DNA from: Isurus oxyrinchus
Taxonomy: Eukaryota
Reading direction: 5' to 3'
Assembly: GCA_026770705.1 (NCBI GenBank)
Contig: JANJGN010000019.1
Span: forward strand, 79,732,001-79,796,000
DNA: 64,000 nt
In this document: in pieces, positions 11,652 to 24,213 of the stretch
Position numbering within the stretch: the stretch's first letter is position 1
Layout of the letters: the number at the start of each line of letters is the position of its first letter
Position numbers and translations under genes: made by a program
Notes under the pieces: generated by a model
Seen by the model: the letters and a program-made list of their open reading frames with translations, nothing else
What the model was told of the DNA's origin: nothing
Database searches by the model: none

Positions 11652-14600
11652 ACTTCTTTGCCACTAGAATTGAGACTATCTGATCAGCTACCTCTGCCAC
11701 TTCCCTCCCCCTAGCCCACCAGGCCAAACTTCCTCTAAAGATCCCCCTGCCCTAGCCCTGAACTCAAGTTTTTCTCTAGTTTCTCTCCTTAAGCCCTCTT
11801 CAATCTTGTCCTTGAGACCCAACACCTATTCCTATAAATTACTGACCATCCAACTTACCCTCTGGTCCCCATGTTAGTTGATATTTTAAACAGTTCTCTC
11901 TTCAGGTGTTGTCCCTCTCGCCTTTAAAATAGCTGTCATCACTCCACCCCAAAAAAAAAACCCTTGACTCATTCCATCCTTGCAAATTGCTGCCCCATCT
12001 CCCTTTCCTCTCAAGTTGTTAAGTGTTGTCGCCTGCCAAATCCATTCCCATAATTCCTGTTTGAATCCTTCCAATCAAGTTTCTGCCACTGTCACATCAT
12101 TTGGCTCTTATCAAAGTCACTAATGACATCCATGTGACTGTGACAAAGATAAATCTTCCTTTGTCATCCATCTTGACCTGTCTGCAGCCTTTGATATGGC
12201 TAACAACATTATCCTCTCCCACACAATCTCCTCCATTGTCCAGCTGGGTGAGACCACACTAGCCTGGTTCCATTTTTATCTCTAATCAAAGCCAGAGTGA
12301 TCCTGCAATGCCTTCTCTTCCTTCATTGTTTCTCTGGTGTACCCCAAGTATCTGTCCTTGCATGCCCCCCCACCCCCGCCCCAACTATTTTTCATGTACG
12401 TGCATCATGCATTACATACCCTCAGTCACATCATCTGGAAACACTTAGTTTTCACATTTATGCTGATGACATCCAGCTCTACCTCACCAGCATCTTTCTC
12501 AGCTCCTCCACTATTGCTAAATTACCAGGCTACTTATCATGTATTAGATGAGCAGAAATTTTCTCCAGTTAAGTATTAGGAAGATGAAAGTCATTGTCTT
12601 CTGTTCCATAGCTACTGACTCCATCCCTCTCCCTGGCAACTGCCTGAGATGTGAACTAGACTGTTCGCAACTTGGTGTCATGTTTGCCCCTGGGAGCTTC
12701 TTCAGAGCTTTGAGGAAATGTTAACTCTGTTTCTCTCTCCACAGATGCTGTCAAACTGGCTGAGTTTTTCCAGCATTTTCTGTTTATATTCCGTCCCTGC
12801 TTTAGTTCATCTGCTGCTGAAACCGTCATGTTTTTGTTAGCTGTAGACTTGACTACCTACATTCTGCCCTCTGTAAACTTGAGGTTATTAAGAACTCTGC
12901 CGCTCCTGTTCTCACTTGCGCCAAGTCACCTATCGCACCTGTGCTTATTGACCTACATTGGCTTCCAGTTAGGCAATGCATCATTTATAAAATTCTTATG
13001 CTTATTTTAAAATCCCTCCATGGCTTTGCTCCTTCCTATCTCTAATCTCTTCCAGCCCCACAACCTTCTGAGATATCTGCACTCTCATCTAATTCTAGCC
13101 ACTTGAGCATCCCCAATTTTCATTGTTCGTTCATTTTTTGGCATGTCTTCAGCTGCCAAGAGCCTAAGCTCTGGAATTTCCTCTGCGTCTCTATGTCTCT
13201 TTCTTACAATAAGACGCTCCTTAAAATCTAGTTCTTAACCAAGCTTTTAGCCATCTGCCCTAATATCCCCTTGTTTGGCCCAGTACCAAGCATTTGCCTT
13301 AGCGTCTTTTTGCAATGCCTTGGGACACTTTATGCTCCTAAAGGTGCAATATAAATAAGTTGTTATTTGGCTGTTATGATGGTGGACATCTTCAGACTGA
13401 ACTCTGGTTTCAGCAAAAAGTGACTAACTTAATCAACTTAGGTCTTAAGAACAATATAGATTTTAAAGAAAACATTTTTCTCTGGCACAGATTCATTTGC
13501 GGTGTTGTAAATCTATTTACGTTGTTTGAAAGATGCCAGCCTGGGCCAGTGTGCTTTGAAACTCTACCTGGAGTGGGCAGGCATGACAGGAATTGTTGGT
13601 TAAGTAGGCATCTAGATCTCAGTTAAAGCTAATGAGATGCACAGTTTTGATATTTGGATTTGCAGGTCTGATTTTCAGTGAAAACTTTTTTTTTCCCCCA
13701 CCTAAGTCGGCAAAATGCAGCACCACAACAATTGAGAAAAGAGCACTGCAAGAAAAATTAACTTAAGAGAACGGAGGGAAGATCAAAAGACAAAGTGTGA
13801 GCTATCAAATGAAAAAGAAATGGGAAATTGTGAAGAAAGAAAGGGAATGGGGAAAAATGTCTAATAGGAAAGTAAAAGAGAAGGGAAGGTACTTGTACAA
13901 ATAAATTGGATCACATTTTTGTTCTACTGTAATGATCTTTTGCATGATGTGCAGCTACAATGAATAATGAAATAATTGTGCCGCCATTTTGTACAAGCAA
14001 TGTTAAAGATTGCAAGGTATGCAAAATGCGAAGGGCTGCAGACAGTGCGACCATATTCTGAGTGTTTTAAGCAGATGTGGGATGCCCTGTCTACTCTGTC
14101 ATTATTTAGGTGCAAGCCATCGAGCCATTCTAGGTAACAAAGGCAGGAAACACATGTCAATCCGGAGTTAAAAGAGAAAGTTTAAGCAAACATTTAAGTT
14201 GGGAAATGTCCACCAAAGTAGATACCTTCCTGAGCTCTGAGGCCCTAGCTGAAATGTTTTCGGATTCTGGTCAAATTGAAATACATCTCAAACATGATTT
14301 ATTTTTTCTCTAATTTCCAGCTTGTGCATAATATTTCATTTTAATGTACCCTAGTTATTTTTTTCCTTTTAAGCATTGCCTCTACTAGTAATTTTGTGAA
14401 GGGGGAGGAGGAGGTAGTGTATGTACATTCATCTAAGTTATGAGAACTGACTGAAACCCGGTTTTACAATTAGCTTAGAACCAGCACGTTTGTAGAATGA
14501 AGCGTCCCTTTTTCTTTCTGAATTTAAGGACAAATTTGCCAATGTCATGCTAGAAGGAAACGGCAGTTCTCCAACTTGTGAACCATTCAACCATAGCTCC

Positions 14601-14714
14601 TGCTGGAAGTCAGTTTGCCCTATGGAGTTCTTGACTGTAAATTATAACAATAGCAATACAATCTTTCATGAAAAGAAAATAATTTTAACAGACAAAAGTC
14701 TACAGTAAAAAAAA

Positions 14715-15125
14715 CTTGTATTTCTACAGCACCTTGCCCTGTAACATCCCAAAGCACTTTACAGCCAATGAAAGCACTTTTGAAGTATATTCACTGTATA
14801 TTGTGGAAGATGCAGTAGCCAGTTTGCACACAGCAAGTTCATACAAACTAAGGAGCTGAATGTCCAGAAAGTGATGTTGGCTGAGGGATAAATATTGGCC
14901 TGGATGTGGGGTGAAACTCCCTTGCTCCTCTCAAAATTGTGCCATTGGGACCTTTTGCATTCAGCTTTAGAGGTCAGTTGGGGCCCTGGTTTAACATCTC
15001 ATCCAAATGGTGCTGTGATACTGGGTGTGTGTCAGCCTAGATTATGTGCTGAAGTTTCTGGATTAGCATTTGAACCCACAACCTTTTGATTGAGGGGGTG
15101 AGAGTGTTACAGTTGACATGCTGAT
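14715..15125 (-). mobile_element. Deu-domain SINE (SacSINE1-like)
   Basis: Reverse complement of TTGCTGTGTGCAAA..GCT..CATTGGCTGTAAAGTGCTTTGGGA with a tRNA-like head (GGTTCAA B-box); related pieces at 46680-46930, 48240-48540, 49330-49430 and 53745-53905; family name from recall. Confidence 0.6.
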
Positions 15126-16239
15126 GAATTAGTAAACTAGGATCTCTTAATTAATATAGAAACATCCACATTTTTTAATTCTGTTCAAAGCTGCTGAAAA
15201 ACTTGTCAACTATTTCTATCCTCCCATGTATCATATTTTTAGGGTATTCACCAAGTCTATATGTTGTATATGAGCGCAGCAGTCTTTGCTTTAGTGCTAT
15301 TCCTCTTTTGAAGGCTCTGACTCACAGGCACGTAGTTCTACAAATACTGATCATCCTCTGTTACTATAGCCAAACCTTCAGTCTTTGTGCTTAGATGGTG
15401 AGTGCCAGGTTGTTTGGCAATGGGGTCGTTCACAGTTGATCGTGATCCTGTCCTCCTCCAGTGGCCACCCATTATACCAGCAGGGACACTAAATAGTAAT
15501 CAAGATTGGGAGTCTCTGAGCCTCTCCCAGAGCGCTGCAGTGAATTTTCTGCTGACTCTATTGTTGATCTGGCTGAGAACAACCAACTCAGCATAGCTCC
15601 AAGGTTGAATGTCGGACCTTTCCAGTTGATGTGGCTCAGTTTCACCTTGACCAGTGTACCTCTTTGAGTATACTATTGGACAAGCTTGCTTTTTCATTGT
15701 AAAATTGCTACTAATTTAATGTGTGTATGTGGTACTAGAAGCAACCACTTTTGAAATTGCAGGTTTATTTGAGTCATAGACATCTTGTAACTTCAATTTA
15801 TTTTAGTTAAAATTTAGTATGGTCTTTGTAAACTGCTGGAGTGAACCCCTGCAGCAGTGACATATCCAAAAATTTGGTTGCGTTTTTTTAAGAAAATAAG
15901 TAGAATGCACAGGACTTCATTAGGAAACAGGGTTTTCAAGTGAATCATTACTATGAATTACAGACACTGTCTTTTGCCCAATTCATATTCTACTGTAATG
16001 AACATATAACTGCAGTTACCATAAAACATATCAGCGAGTTTCGAAGGAATCTTGGAACACTTGGGACAGTCTCTAACAGTGCTGCATTGTCACAAGGAAA
16101 AGGAGCCAGGAGCTTCACAAATGGGTAATCGTTCAGGAGCTGTTCAAACTGAAACTGAAGCAGGTTAAGTTTGGGTTTGTTCCCCTTGTATGAGGTGGCA
16201 GGTTTGTTTACTTTGTGTTTTTTTAATCTCCACAGTTTA

Positions 16240-16800
16240 ATAAATTGTATTTATGCAGCACCTTTAACATAATATAAACAGTTAAGGGTGCTTTGCAAAA
16301 TGTGATCATATAAATTTGATGCCCAGCTGCATAAAATTAGGACAAGTGGCCAAAAGTTTGGTCAGAGGTTTGAAGGAACATCTTAAAGGCGTAGAAAGTT
16401 GTGAAGAAGTTTAGGGAGGGAATTTCAAAGTTTAGTGCCTTAGCAGCTGAAGGTATATCTCCAACTGGTAGAGCAATGAAAACCAGGAATGCACAAGAAA
16501 CCACAATTAGATGAGCGCAGAGATGTGAGGGTTGTGGCAATGTTCCCACTGAGCTACATGTGTGCATGTGGCCGAGGAACAGCTTGGAAGGTACCGTGCT
16601 TTTTTTTTTTAAAAAAAAAAGCTGGCCACACACATCAAAACTTTGAAGGGAACTTTGGTTTTAGGGATGGAGGAGGCTACAGCGATAGAAGATGGCGGCC
16701 ATGGAGTGTCTTTTGGACATGGGGATTAGAATGTTAAAATCGCAGAATTGCCTGACTGGGAGCCATTATAGGACAGTGAGTGCAGAGTGATGGGCAAAGG
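16240..16800 (-). mobile_element. L2 3' fragment with a nested 120-bp hAT-type MITE (16538-16657)
   Basis: Reverse complement of the L2 tail seen at 13000-13368; MITE TIRs CAATGTTCCC / GGGAACTTTG with degenerate TSD GTTGT(A)GG / GTTTTAGG. Confidence 0.65.
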
Positions 16801-16899
16801 TCCCACTGATTTTCCTGTGTTGTGCACAGCCTGATTGTTGCATTGTATGATATCTTTAAGATTTGCTCTTCGGGCATGCATCAAAAAGGCCCTGTTTGT

Positions 16900-18120
16900 T
16901 GCTTTTGTGGCACATTACCAATTCGAACAAGCAGCAGTTCAGTAAGCTAGCTTTGAACCTAAACTCTGGTTTCGATATGCCAATGACACTTTCGTCATAT
17001 GGCAACATGATAGGTGAGAATATTATAATTTCCTGCAACACCTTAACAATCAACATTCGAGTATTAATTTTACCATGGAGACAGAACAACAACTTTCCAC
17101 AACATTTCTTGATGTTCTCATTGCCAAGACTTACAGTGGCATAACAATACATTTAAGTCAACAGTAAGCCCACTCACACTGACAGATACCTGATCCACTG
17201 ATCTTTCCATCATCCTTTCACCATCCAATTGGTTTCCGAAATGCTCATTAGAAGAGCCTAAACTATCGAGGACAAGAAACATCTACAACGAGCACTTCGC
17301 CATGTTAAGCCTAGACTTCAACGTGATGAACTCCCTTCACATAAGATTAAGACATACCCATCTATTACTCATTCCATAACAACTACTTCCATTAAGACAA
17401 GAGTTCCATACATCGGTTCCACCTTGTGCATTCTGCAACATATACACAAATCATCTAAGAAGCTCCACTCCATCCTTCGTACCCACAAAGACAAGAAACC
17501 ATTTCACAATAAACCAGGAATTTACAGCACACTATGCGATTGTGGACTCATCTACATTGGGAAAACAGGCAGCAGCCTCCACACTTGACTCAAGGAACAT
17601 CAGACCTGCTTCAGGCACAGCAAATGATACAAGTCATCTATCATCAAACATGCTCAACTTAACTACCACATCCAATGGTCCAACTCCAGATTTGATCTCA
17701 TCCACCACACACTGACATACAAGATGCGCTGGGGGGGGTTGATGAAGATCTACCAACAACACACCAATCCCCTCAACAGTAGCCTTCTCATCAGTGACAT
17801 CTGGCTACCCTCACACAAGACAATAAAATCCATTCTGTGCAGTCGACCATTCTACACAGTTGGCCGATCAACAAGAAGAATATTTTCATGTACTGACTAT
17901 TACAAACACATTAATCTGACCAACCAGCAGTAAGATCCTGCCCATATTCCCCTGCACCACTATATCTAACTACCTCTTTCATCTAATGCAGTCATTCTTC
18001 CAGACAGTTCTTTGAAGGGATTCTTTTCAGGTAACAACTCTTCAGAGCAAATTTTAGATGGTGTGACTATAAAATCGTCTTACTCAATGTTACCGCTCTC
18101 ACTATGAAAACCTTCAAACA
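16900..18120 (+). mobile_element. Decayed Penelope-like element, second family (Poseidon/Penelope-like)
   Basis: Manual translation: PKLWFRYANDTFVIW, FLQHLNNQHSSINFTME, KPTHTDRYL, and GIY-YIG KPGIYSTLCDCGLIYIGKTG..L..*LKEH; no Cys-rich linker seen. Confidence 0.8.
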
Positions 18121-19259
18121 ACTTTTAACGTGACCAATTGCTGCCCACCCATGCAGCTTTACAGGAAATGTCGGTAATGGGTGAAGATGCCTTTTATTGA
18201 ATTAGTTACTTTGAACAATGTGCATATTTTAATTTGCTGGTTTGGTGAACCAAGATCGCTGACCTCCCTAGATTTGGATTGTTCTTGATAGTCAATAGAA
18301 CTTTTATGAAGCTTATGAAGTTTGTCCAAAAATATATTGTCTGGCAGCATTTAATGCCCGTCCCTGATTGTTTTGTGGAGGTAATGGTAATTGTACTTGC
18401 AACCAAGTGGTTTGCTTGGCCAATTGAGGGAGCTTTTGGAGTTATCCAGTTTCCATTAGTAAATCCACTCCTACAGTGTGTAGTTTCCCTGTTACTTTTA
18501 CAGAAGAGTGAGACTAATGGGATAATTCTTTAAGATGGGCTGAACGGTCTCTCTCTGCTTTAAGGTTCTATAATCGCCAGATGCAAAGCACTGGAGGTAA
18601 ACACCTGTAGGCTGAGTTGTAAGGCAGTAATACAGCATGTGTTGTAACTTCCATCATTGTGATTTGAATCTCTGATATCTTGCACCCCTGGAGCACTCTG
18701 ATGTTGTTCTATATAAAGGCATGTTTAATTCTAGGTTTTGGGTTTATTTTCCACCCACTTGTTATTCTGCTGGTCATTGGGGCTTCTGCAGTTGATTGTG
18801 CCTAATCTGGTTTTGGTCACCCCCTGTTGCAGTGAAACTACCACTGTGCATCCCAAATCCACTGCACACTTTTCTATTCATCCTTCCCTTTTGCATTCAA
18901 TATTTTCTTAGCTGCTTTATCTAGTACTACTTTCCAGCCCACTGGCTTCATGCTTCAGTGGTTCCATTCTCCTGGATTTCCTTGTTTCATGTGTGTTAAT
19001 TCCACACAGGAAGGGGTGGGGGCAGTGTCAACTAGCTGAAACCTGTTTTGGGCTTGAAATTATTTCCTGCAGAACAGATTTGTTCTGCTGGAGAAAGTTG
19101 AGTAGAAGTGGGGAAATGTGTGATGGTGAGCAGTGGGCTAAGATTTGTATCCAAAAAGTTGGCAAACTTGAACAAATACATTGGGGTCAGTGTCACAGGT
19201 AACTTATAAATTATATCCCCTCCCCAATGGCTTCAGAATGTTGTGCAAATACCATTTTT

Positions 19260-20100
19260 AGTGTATTTGTTCTCAGATGTGGATGACACTGATAAGAATT
19301 GCTTTCATTGCCCATTCACAATTGCCCTGAAAAGATAGAAGTGGGCCTCCTCTTTGAACAGCTGCAGTCCTTGAGGTGATGGTGCTCCCACAATGATATG
19401 GAAAGGGACTTTTAGGATTTTGATCCAACAACAATGAAGAAAAGGTGATGCATATCTGATGTAGGCCGAAATATGACTTGGAGAAGAGCCCTGAGGTGAT
19501 GGTGTTCCCACAACATTGTCAATCTTGTATATCTTAGTGAAAGAGGCTACAGGGGTTGGAGGTGCTATTGAAATAACCTTGGTGAATTAAGCCAAGCATC
19601 CTGTGGATCATACATTCTGCAGCCACAATACACCAATGGCTGGGGGCACATTGATTTTAGCCTCAGTCATACGGATCACACTGTTTCACCCTGGATAGTG
19701 TCAAGCTTGTTAAATATTTTTGCGAGTGCCTGCGTCCATGCATGTACTGATTATTCCATTATACTCCTGTCTTGCACCTTGTAAATGATGGATAGGCTTT
19801 GAGCTGTCAGGTGATGAACCACATGTCATAGAGTACCCAGCCTCTGCCTTGCTCCTGTAGCCACAGTGTTGATGTGACTGTTCGAGTTAAGCTTCTGATT
19901 AGATGTGACCCCAAAGATGATGGTGGGTAAATGACAGTGTCATTAAAGGTCAGAAAGAATTGGCAGGCCTTTGCCTTGTTTGAGATGGTCATTACCTGGC
20001 ATTTATTTGGTACCAGTGTTACTATTGGTCAGCTCAAGCCTGGATGTTACTCAAGCAAGCAGTGTTGTAGACGGACATGGGCTGCTTCATTCTGGGAAGA
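19260..20100 (-). mobile_element. Older CR1-group LINE 3' fragment
   Basis: Diverged homologue of 10175-10760 and 57215-57980. Confidence 0.65.
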
Positions 20101-20859
20101 ATTGTGAATTGACTGGGATGCCACAGAGCCTCTGCTGATAATTATGATTACCTTCTTTGCGTCAGCTATGATTTCAGCCACTGAAGGTTTTCCCTTTGAC
20201 CTTGTTACCCTTGGTTTTGTCACATGTTAAAATAACATAGGTAGTAGATGGACAATGGGTGAAAGTAATTGGGGGGAAATAGCCAGGTTCTTGGGTAGCA
20301 GGAACACTGAGTGGCTATTGGACTGTTGTGTGATTTGAGCCTAGCATGTTGGACTCATTCCTTTCAAATGGTAAAATATTTCAGTGATTAAAACATGATG
20401 TCACCTTGATGGAAAAAATACGTCGTTAGGTTTGGTAACTCGCTCAAATCCAAATCCAATACAGGCCTTCTCTTTCTGGCTTCTCTAATTTGGGGATGGG
20501 CAACAAATATAAAAACAAAAAACTGCGGATGCTGGCCTAGCTGATGATGCCCACAGCCTGTGAAAAAATAAATTTAACTTCTTAGTGTCAATACTCTGTA
20601 GTGAAAAGATTCCAAATTAATCTTGTGTGGCTGAAATTTTATCAACTGGACGATAGCGTGTTACATAGGGTAAGCACACAAGTAATTTAACACATTTTCC
20701 TGTCTGAGACCCCCCCAGTCTCTTTGGGAACCCTTCCTTAATGTCTAAAAGACACTACCAGCAATTCAAAGTAAAGCACTGCTGTCATTGAAGAGTGTGT
20801 TTATTAGGAGGCAGTAAATAAATAACTGGCTAGTAATTCAACATGTACAGAAATAGAGT

Positions 20860-21891
20860 ATTGTTGAAAACTTACTCTTTGTCTTGCACTCATCAGGATA
20901 ATTCACAAGAATACCAAATGTAAAGGGAACAACAATTTAAACTGCATGAGAAGAGAGTGTTGGTTGGCAAATGGACTCTGGTAGAGGTGTTGCCACGGAG
21001 AATGCACCACCAGTTAACTGCAAGCTTTATTTAAATTCAAACCAGGCAGGTTAACTCTGGTCAAGGCATTGCCCTGCAGAATGAAGCAGAGAATGGGTGG
21101 TGATGTGTGTACATGGTCTTTCTGTCTGCAAAGGACAGGGCCCTGTGTATTGATATGTAGTTTCTAGCATATGTAAGGTGAGCCATACTACGAGCGCAAC
21201 TGATAATCTTAAATTGGTTGTCAATGTAATTTCTTAGCACACACAGGATTGTTTAGCAAATGTCCAATCGCGGAATCGCATATAATGTTGGACACTGTTT
21301 TCAGTTTTGCAAGCACGGGCTTGTTGGGTAGGTAGGGCACCTTGCCTGTTGTGAACAGCCGAACGTTTGCTACGATCCGCCAGTCTTTGGGATATACGGC
21401 TCCATACCTAGCATCACACTGGCACTGAAATTCATATACCACATTACTCATTTTTGTGATAGGCAAAATGTCTCTTTAGCTTGACACCAATCGTGTTGCT
21501 ACTGCATTGTAACAGCATGAAATGGCTAGCTGTTGCTAAAATATTTTGGGATACCTTACCCCAGGGTAATTGAGGTAGACTGGACAATTTTAGGACCCAA
21601 AATGGCAGCTTTGGGTCCAATCATGAGATTGTGTGATATACAGCAAGCAAAGATCAGATCAGATCATTATCTCACAGGATAGCTTTGATAAACCCTACTT
21701 CAGCATCAAGCTTGCACCGTGAGCAATTGGCTCGGGGCCCTATTTACAAGGTAGCCGATAAGGCCAATCTTCTAGCATGTGGAACTGTAGGAACCTCAAC
21801 ACCTATATTGATTCGTAAAGGTATACTCGTGGTAGACCATGGTAGAGAACCGCCTGACAGATTTCTCAACTAGCACATCAAGGAAAGGGAT
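20860..21891 (-). mobile_element. Decayed Penelope-like element, third family
   Basis: Minus strand PFLDVLVEK..FSTMVY, SNVVYEFQCQCDARY (GIY-YIG), SAIGHLLNNP.C; degenerate hammerhead CTGATGA-GT gcaag AC-AAAG near 20878-20896. Confidence 0.75.
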
Positions 21892-21892
21892 G

Positions 21893-24213
21893 AAAACAAA
21901 GAAAACTGCGGATGCTGGAAATCCAAAACAAAAACAGAATTACCTGGAAAAACTCAGCAGGTCTGGCAGCATCGGCGGAGAAGAAAAGAGTTGACATTTC
22001 GAGTCCTCATGACCCTTCGACAGAACTTGATTTCGAGTCCAAGAAAGAGTTGAAATATAAGCTGGTTTAAGGTGTGTGTGTGGGGGGGGGAGGAGAGAGA
22101 GAGAGAGACAGAGGTGCTTGTGTAGACAAACAAGCAGTGATAGAAGCAGATCATCAAAAGATGTCAGTGACAATGGTGCAAAAGAACACATAGGTGTTAA
22201 GGTTAAAGTTGGTGATATTATCTAAACGAATGTGCTAATTAAGAATAGATGGTAGGGCACTCAAGGTACAGCTCTAGTGGGGGTGGGGGAGCATAAAAGA
22301 TTTTAAAATATTTAAAAATAATGGAAATAGGTGGGAAAAGAAAAATCTATAAAATTTATAGGGAAAAAAGGGGAAAAAAGGGGGAAACAGAAAGGGGGTG
22401 GGGATGGGGGAGGGAGCTCACGACCTAAAGTTATTGAATTCAATATTCAGACCGGAAGGCTGTAAGGTGCCTAGTCGGAAGATGAGGTGTTGTTCCTCCA
22501 GTTTGCGTTGGGCTTCACTGGAACAATGCAGTAAGCCAAGGACAGACATGTGGGCAAGAGAGCAGGGTGGAGTGTTAAAATGGCAAGCGACAGGGAGGTT
22601 TGGGTCATTCTTGCGGACAGACCGCAGGTGTTCTGCAAAGCGGTCGCCCAGTTTACGTTTGGTCTCTCCAATGTAGAGGAGACCACATTGGGAGCAACGA
22701 ATGCAGTAGACTAAGTTGGGGGAAATGCAAGTGAAATGCTGCTTCACTTGAAAGGAATGTTTGGGCCCTTGGACGGTGAGGAGAGAGGAAGTGAAGGGGC
22801 AGGTGTTACATCTTTTGCGTGGGCATGGGGTGGTGCCATAGGAGGGGGTTGAGGAGTAGGGGGTGATGGAGGAGTGGACCAGGGTGTCCCGGAGGGAGCG
22901 ATCCCTACGGAATGCCGATAAGGGGGGTGAAGGGAAGATGTGTTTGGTGGTGGCATCATGCTGGAGTTGGCGGAAATGGCGGAGGATGATCCTTTGAATG
23001 CGGAGGCTGGTGGGGTGATAAGTGAGGACAAGGGGGACCCTATCATGTTTCTGGGAGGGAGGAGAAGGCGTGAGGGCGGATGCGCGGGAGATGGGCCGGA
23101 CACGGTTGAGGGCCCTGTCAACGACCGTGGGTGGAAAACCTCGGTTAAGGAAGAAGGAGGACATGTCAGAGGAACCGTTTTTGAAGGTAGCATCATCGGA
23201 ACAGATGCGACGAAGGCGAAGGAACTGGGAGAATGGGATGGAGTCCTTACAGGAAGCGGGGTGTGAGGAGCTGTAGTCGAGGTAGCTGTGGGAGTCGGTG
23301 GGTTTGTAGTGGATATTGGTGGACAGTCTATCACCAGAGATTGAGACAGAGATTGTCTGGCGCACTGACCTCTACCTCGCGGAGGCTGAGCGTCAACTCG
23401 CAGACACTTCCTCCTACCTCTCCCTGGACCATGACCCCTCCACTGAACATCAAGCCATTGTTTCCAGGACTGTCGCTGACCTCATCTCCTCTGGGGATCT
23501 CCCTCCCACAGCTTCCAACCTGATAGTCGCCCAACCTCGGACGGCCCGCTTCTATCTCCTACCCAGAATCCACAAACAGAACTGCCCTGGTAGGCCGATC
23601 GTCTCAGCTTGCTCCTGCCCCACAGAACTCATTTCTCGTTATCTTGACTCCCTTCTCTCTCCCCTTGTCCAGTCCCTTCCCACCTACATCCGTGATTCCT
23701 CTGACACCTTATGTCACATCAACAATTTCCAGTTCCCTGGCTCCAACCGCTTCCTCTTCACCATGGACATCCAATCCCTCTACACCTCCATCCCCCACCA
23801 GGATGGTCTGAGGGCCCTTAGCTTCTTCCTCGAACAGAGGCCCGAACAATCCCCATCCACCACTACTCTCCTCCGTCTGGCTGAACTTGTTCTCACGTTG
23901 AACAATTTCTCCTTCAACTCCTCTCACTTTCTCCAAATAAAAGGTGTGGCTATGGGTACCCGCATGGGCCCCAGCTATGCCTGTCTCTTTATGGGGTATG
24001 TGGAACATTCCTTGTTGCAGTCCTACCCCGGCCCCCTTCCACAACTTTTTCTCCGGTACATCGATGATTACTTCGGTGCTGCTTCATGCTCTCGTCGGGA
24101 CTTGGAAAAATTTATTAATTTTGCTTCCAATCTCCACCCCTCCATCATTTTCACGTGGTCCATCTCTGACACTTCCCTTCCCTTCCTTGACCTCTCTGTC
24201 TCAATCTCTGGTG
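21893..24213 (-). mobile_element. Neptune-type PLE copy B, young, with inverted 5' segment
   Basis: 23352 to 22418 (-) is a stop-free RT thumb, CPRKRCNTC linker and GIY-YIG; 23353-24213 (+) is the stop-free upstream RT core (YLLPRIHK, GRPIVS, MDIQSLYTSIP, GVAMG, YIDD). Confidence 0.95.

Larger units (their letters stand above)
9494..13368 (+). mobile_element. L2-clade LINE, decayed, interrupted by an LTR (10076-11651) and a PLE terminal fragment (~12700-12790)
   Basis: LDLSAAFD, SGVPQ.SVL and FHIYADDIQLYL remnants; L2-type tail AAAGGTGCAATATAAATAAGTTGTT; sequence continuous across the LTR. Confidence 0.85.
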
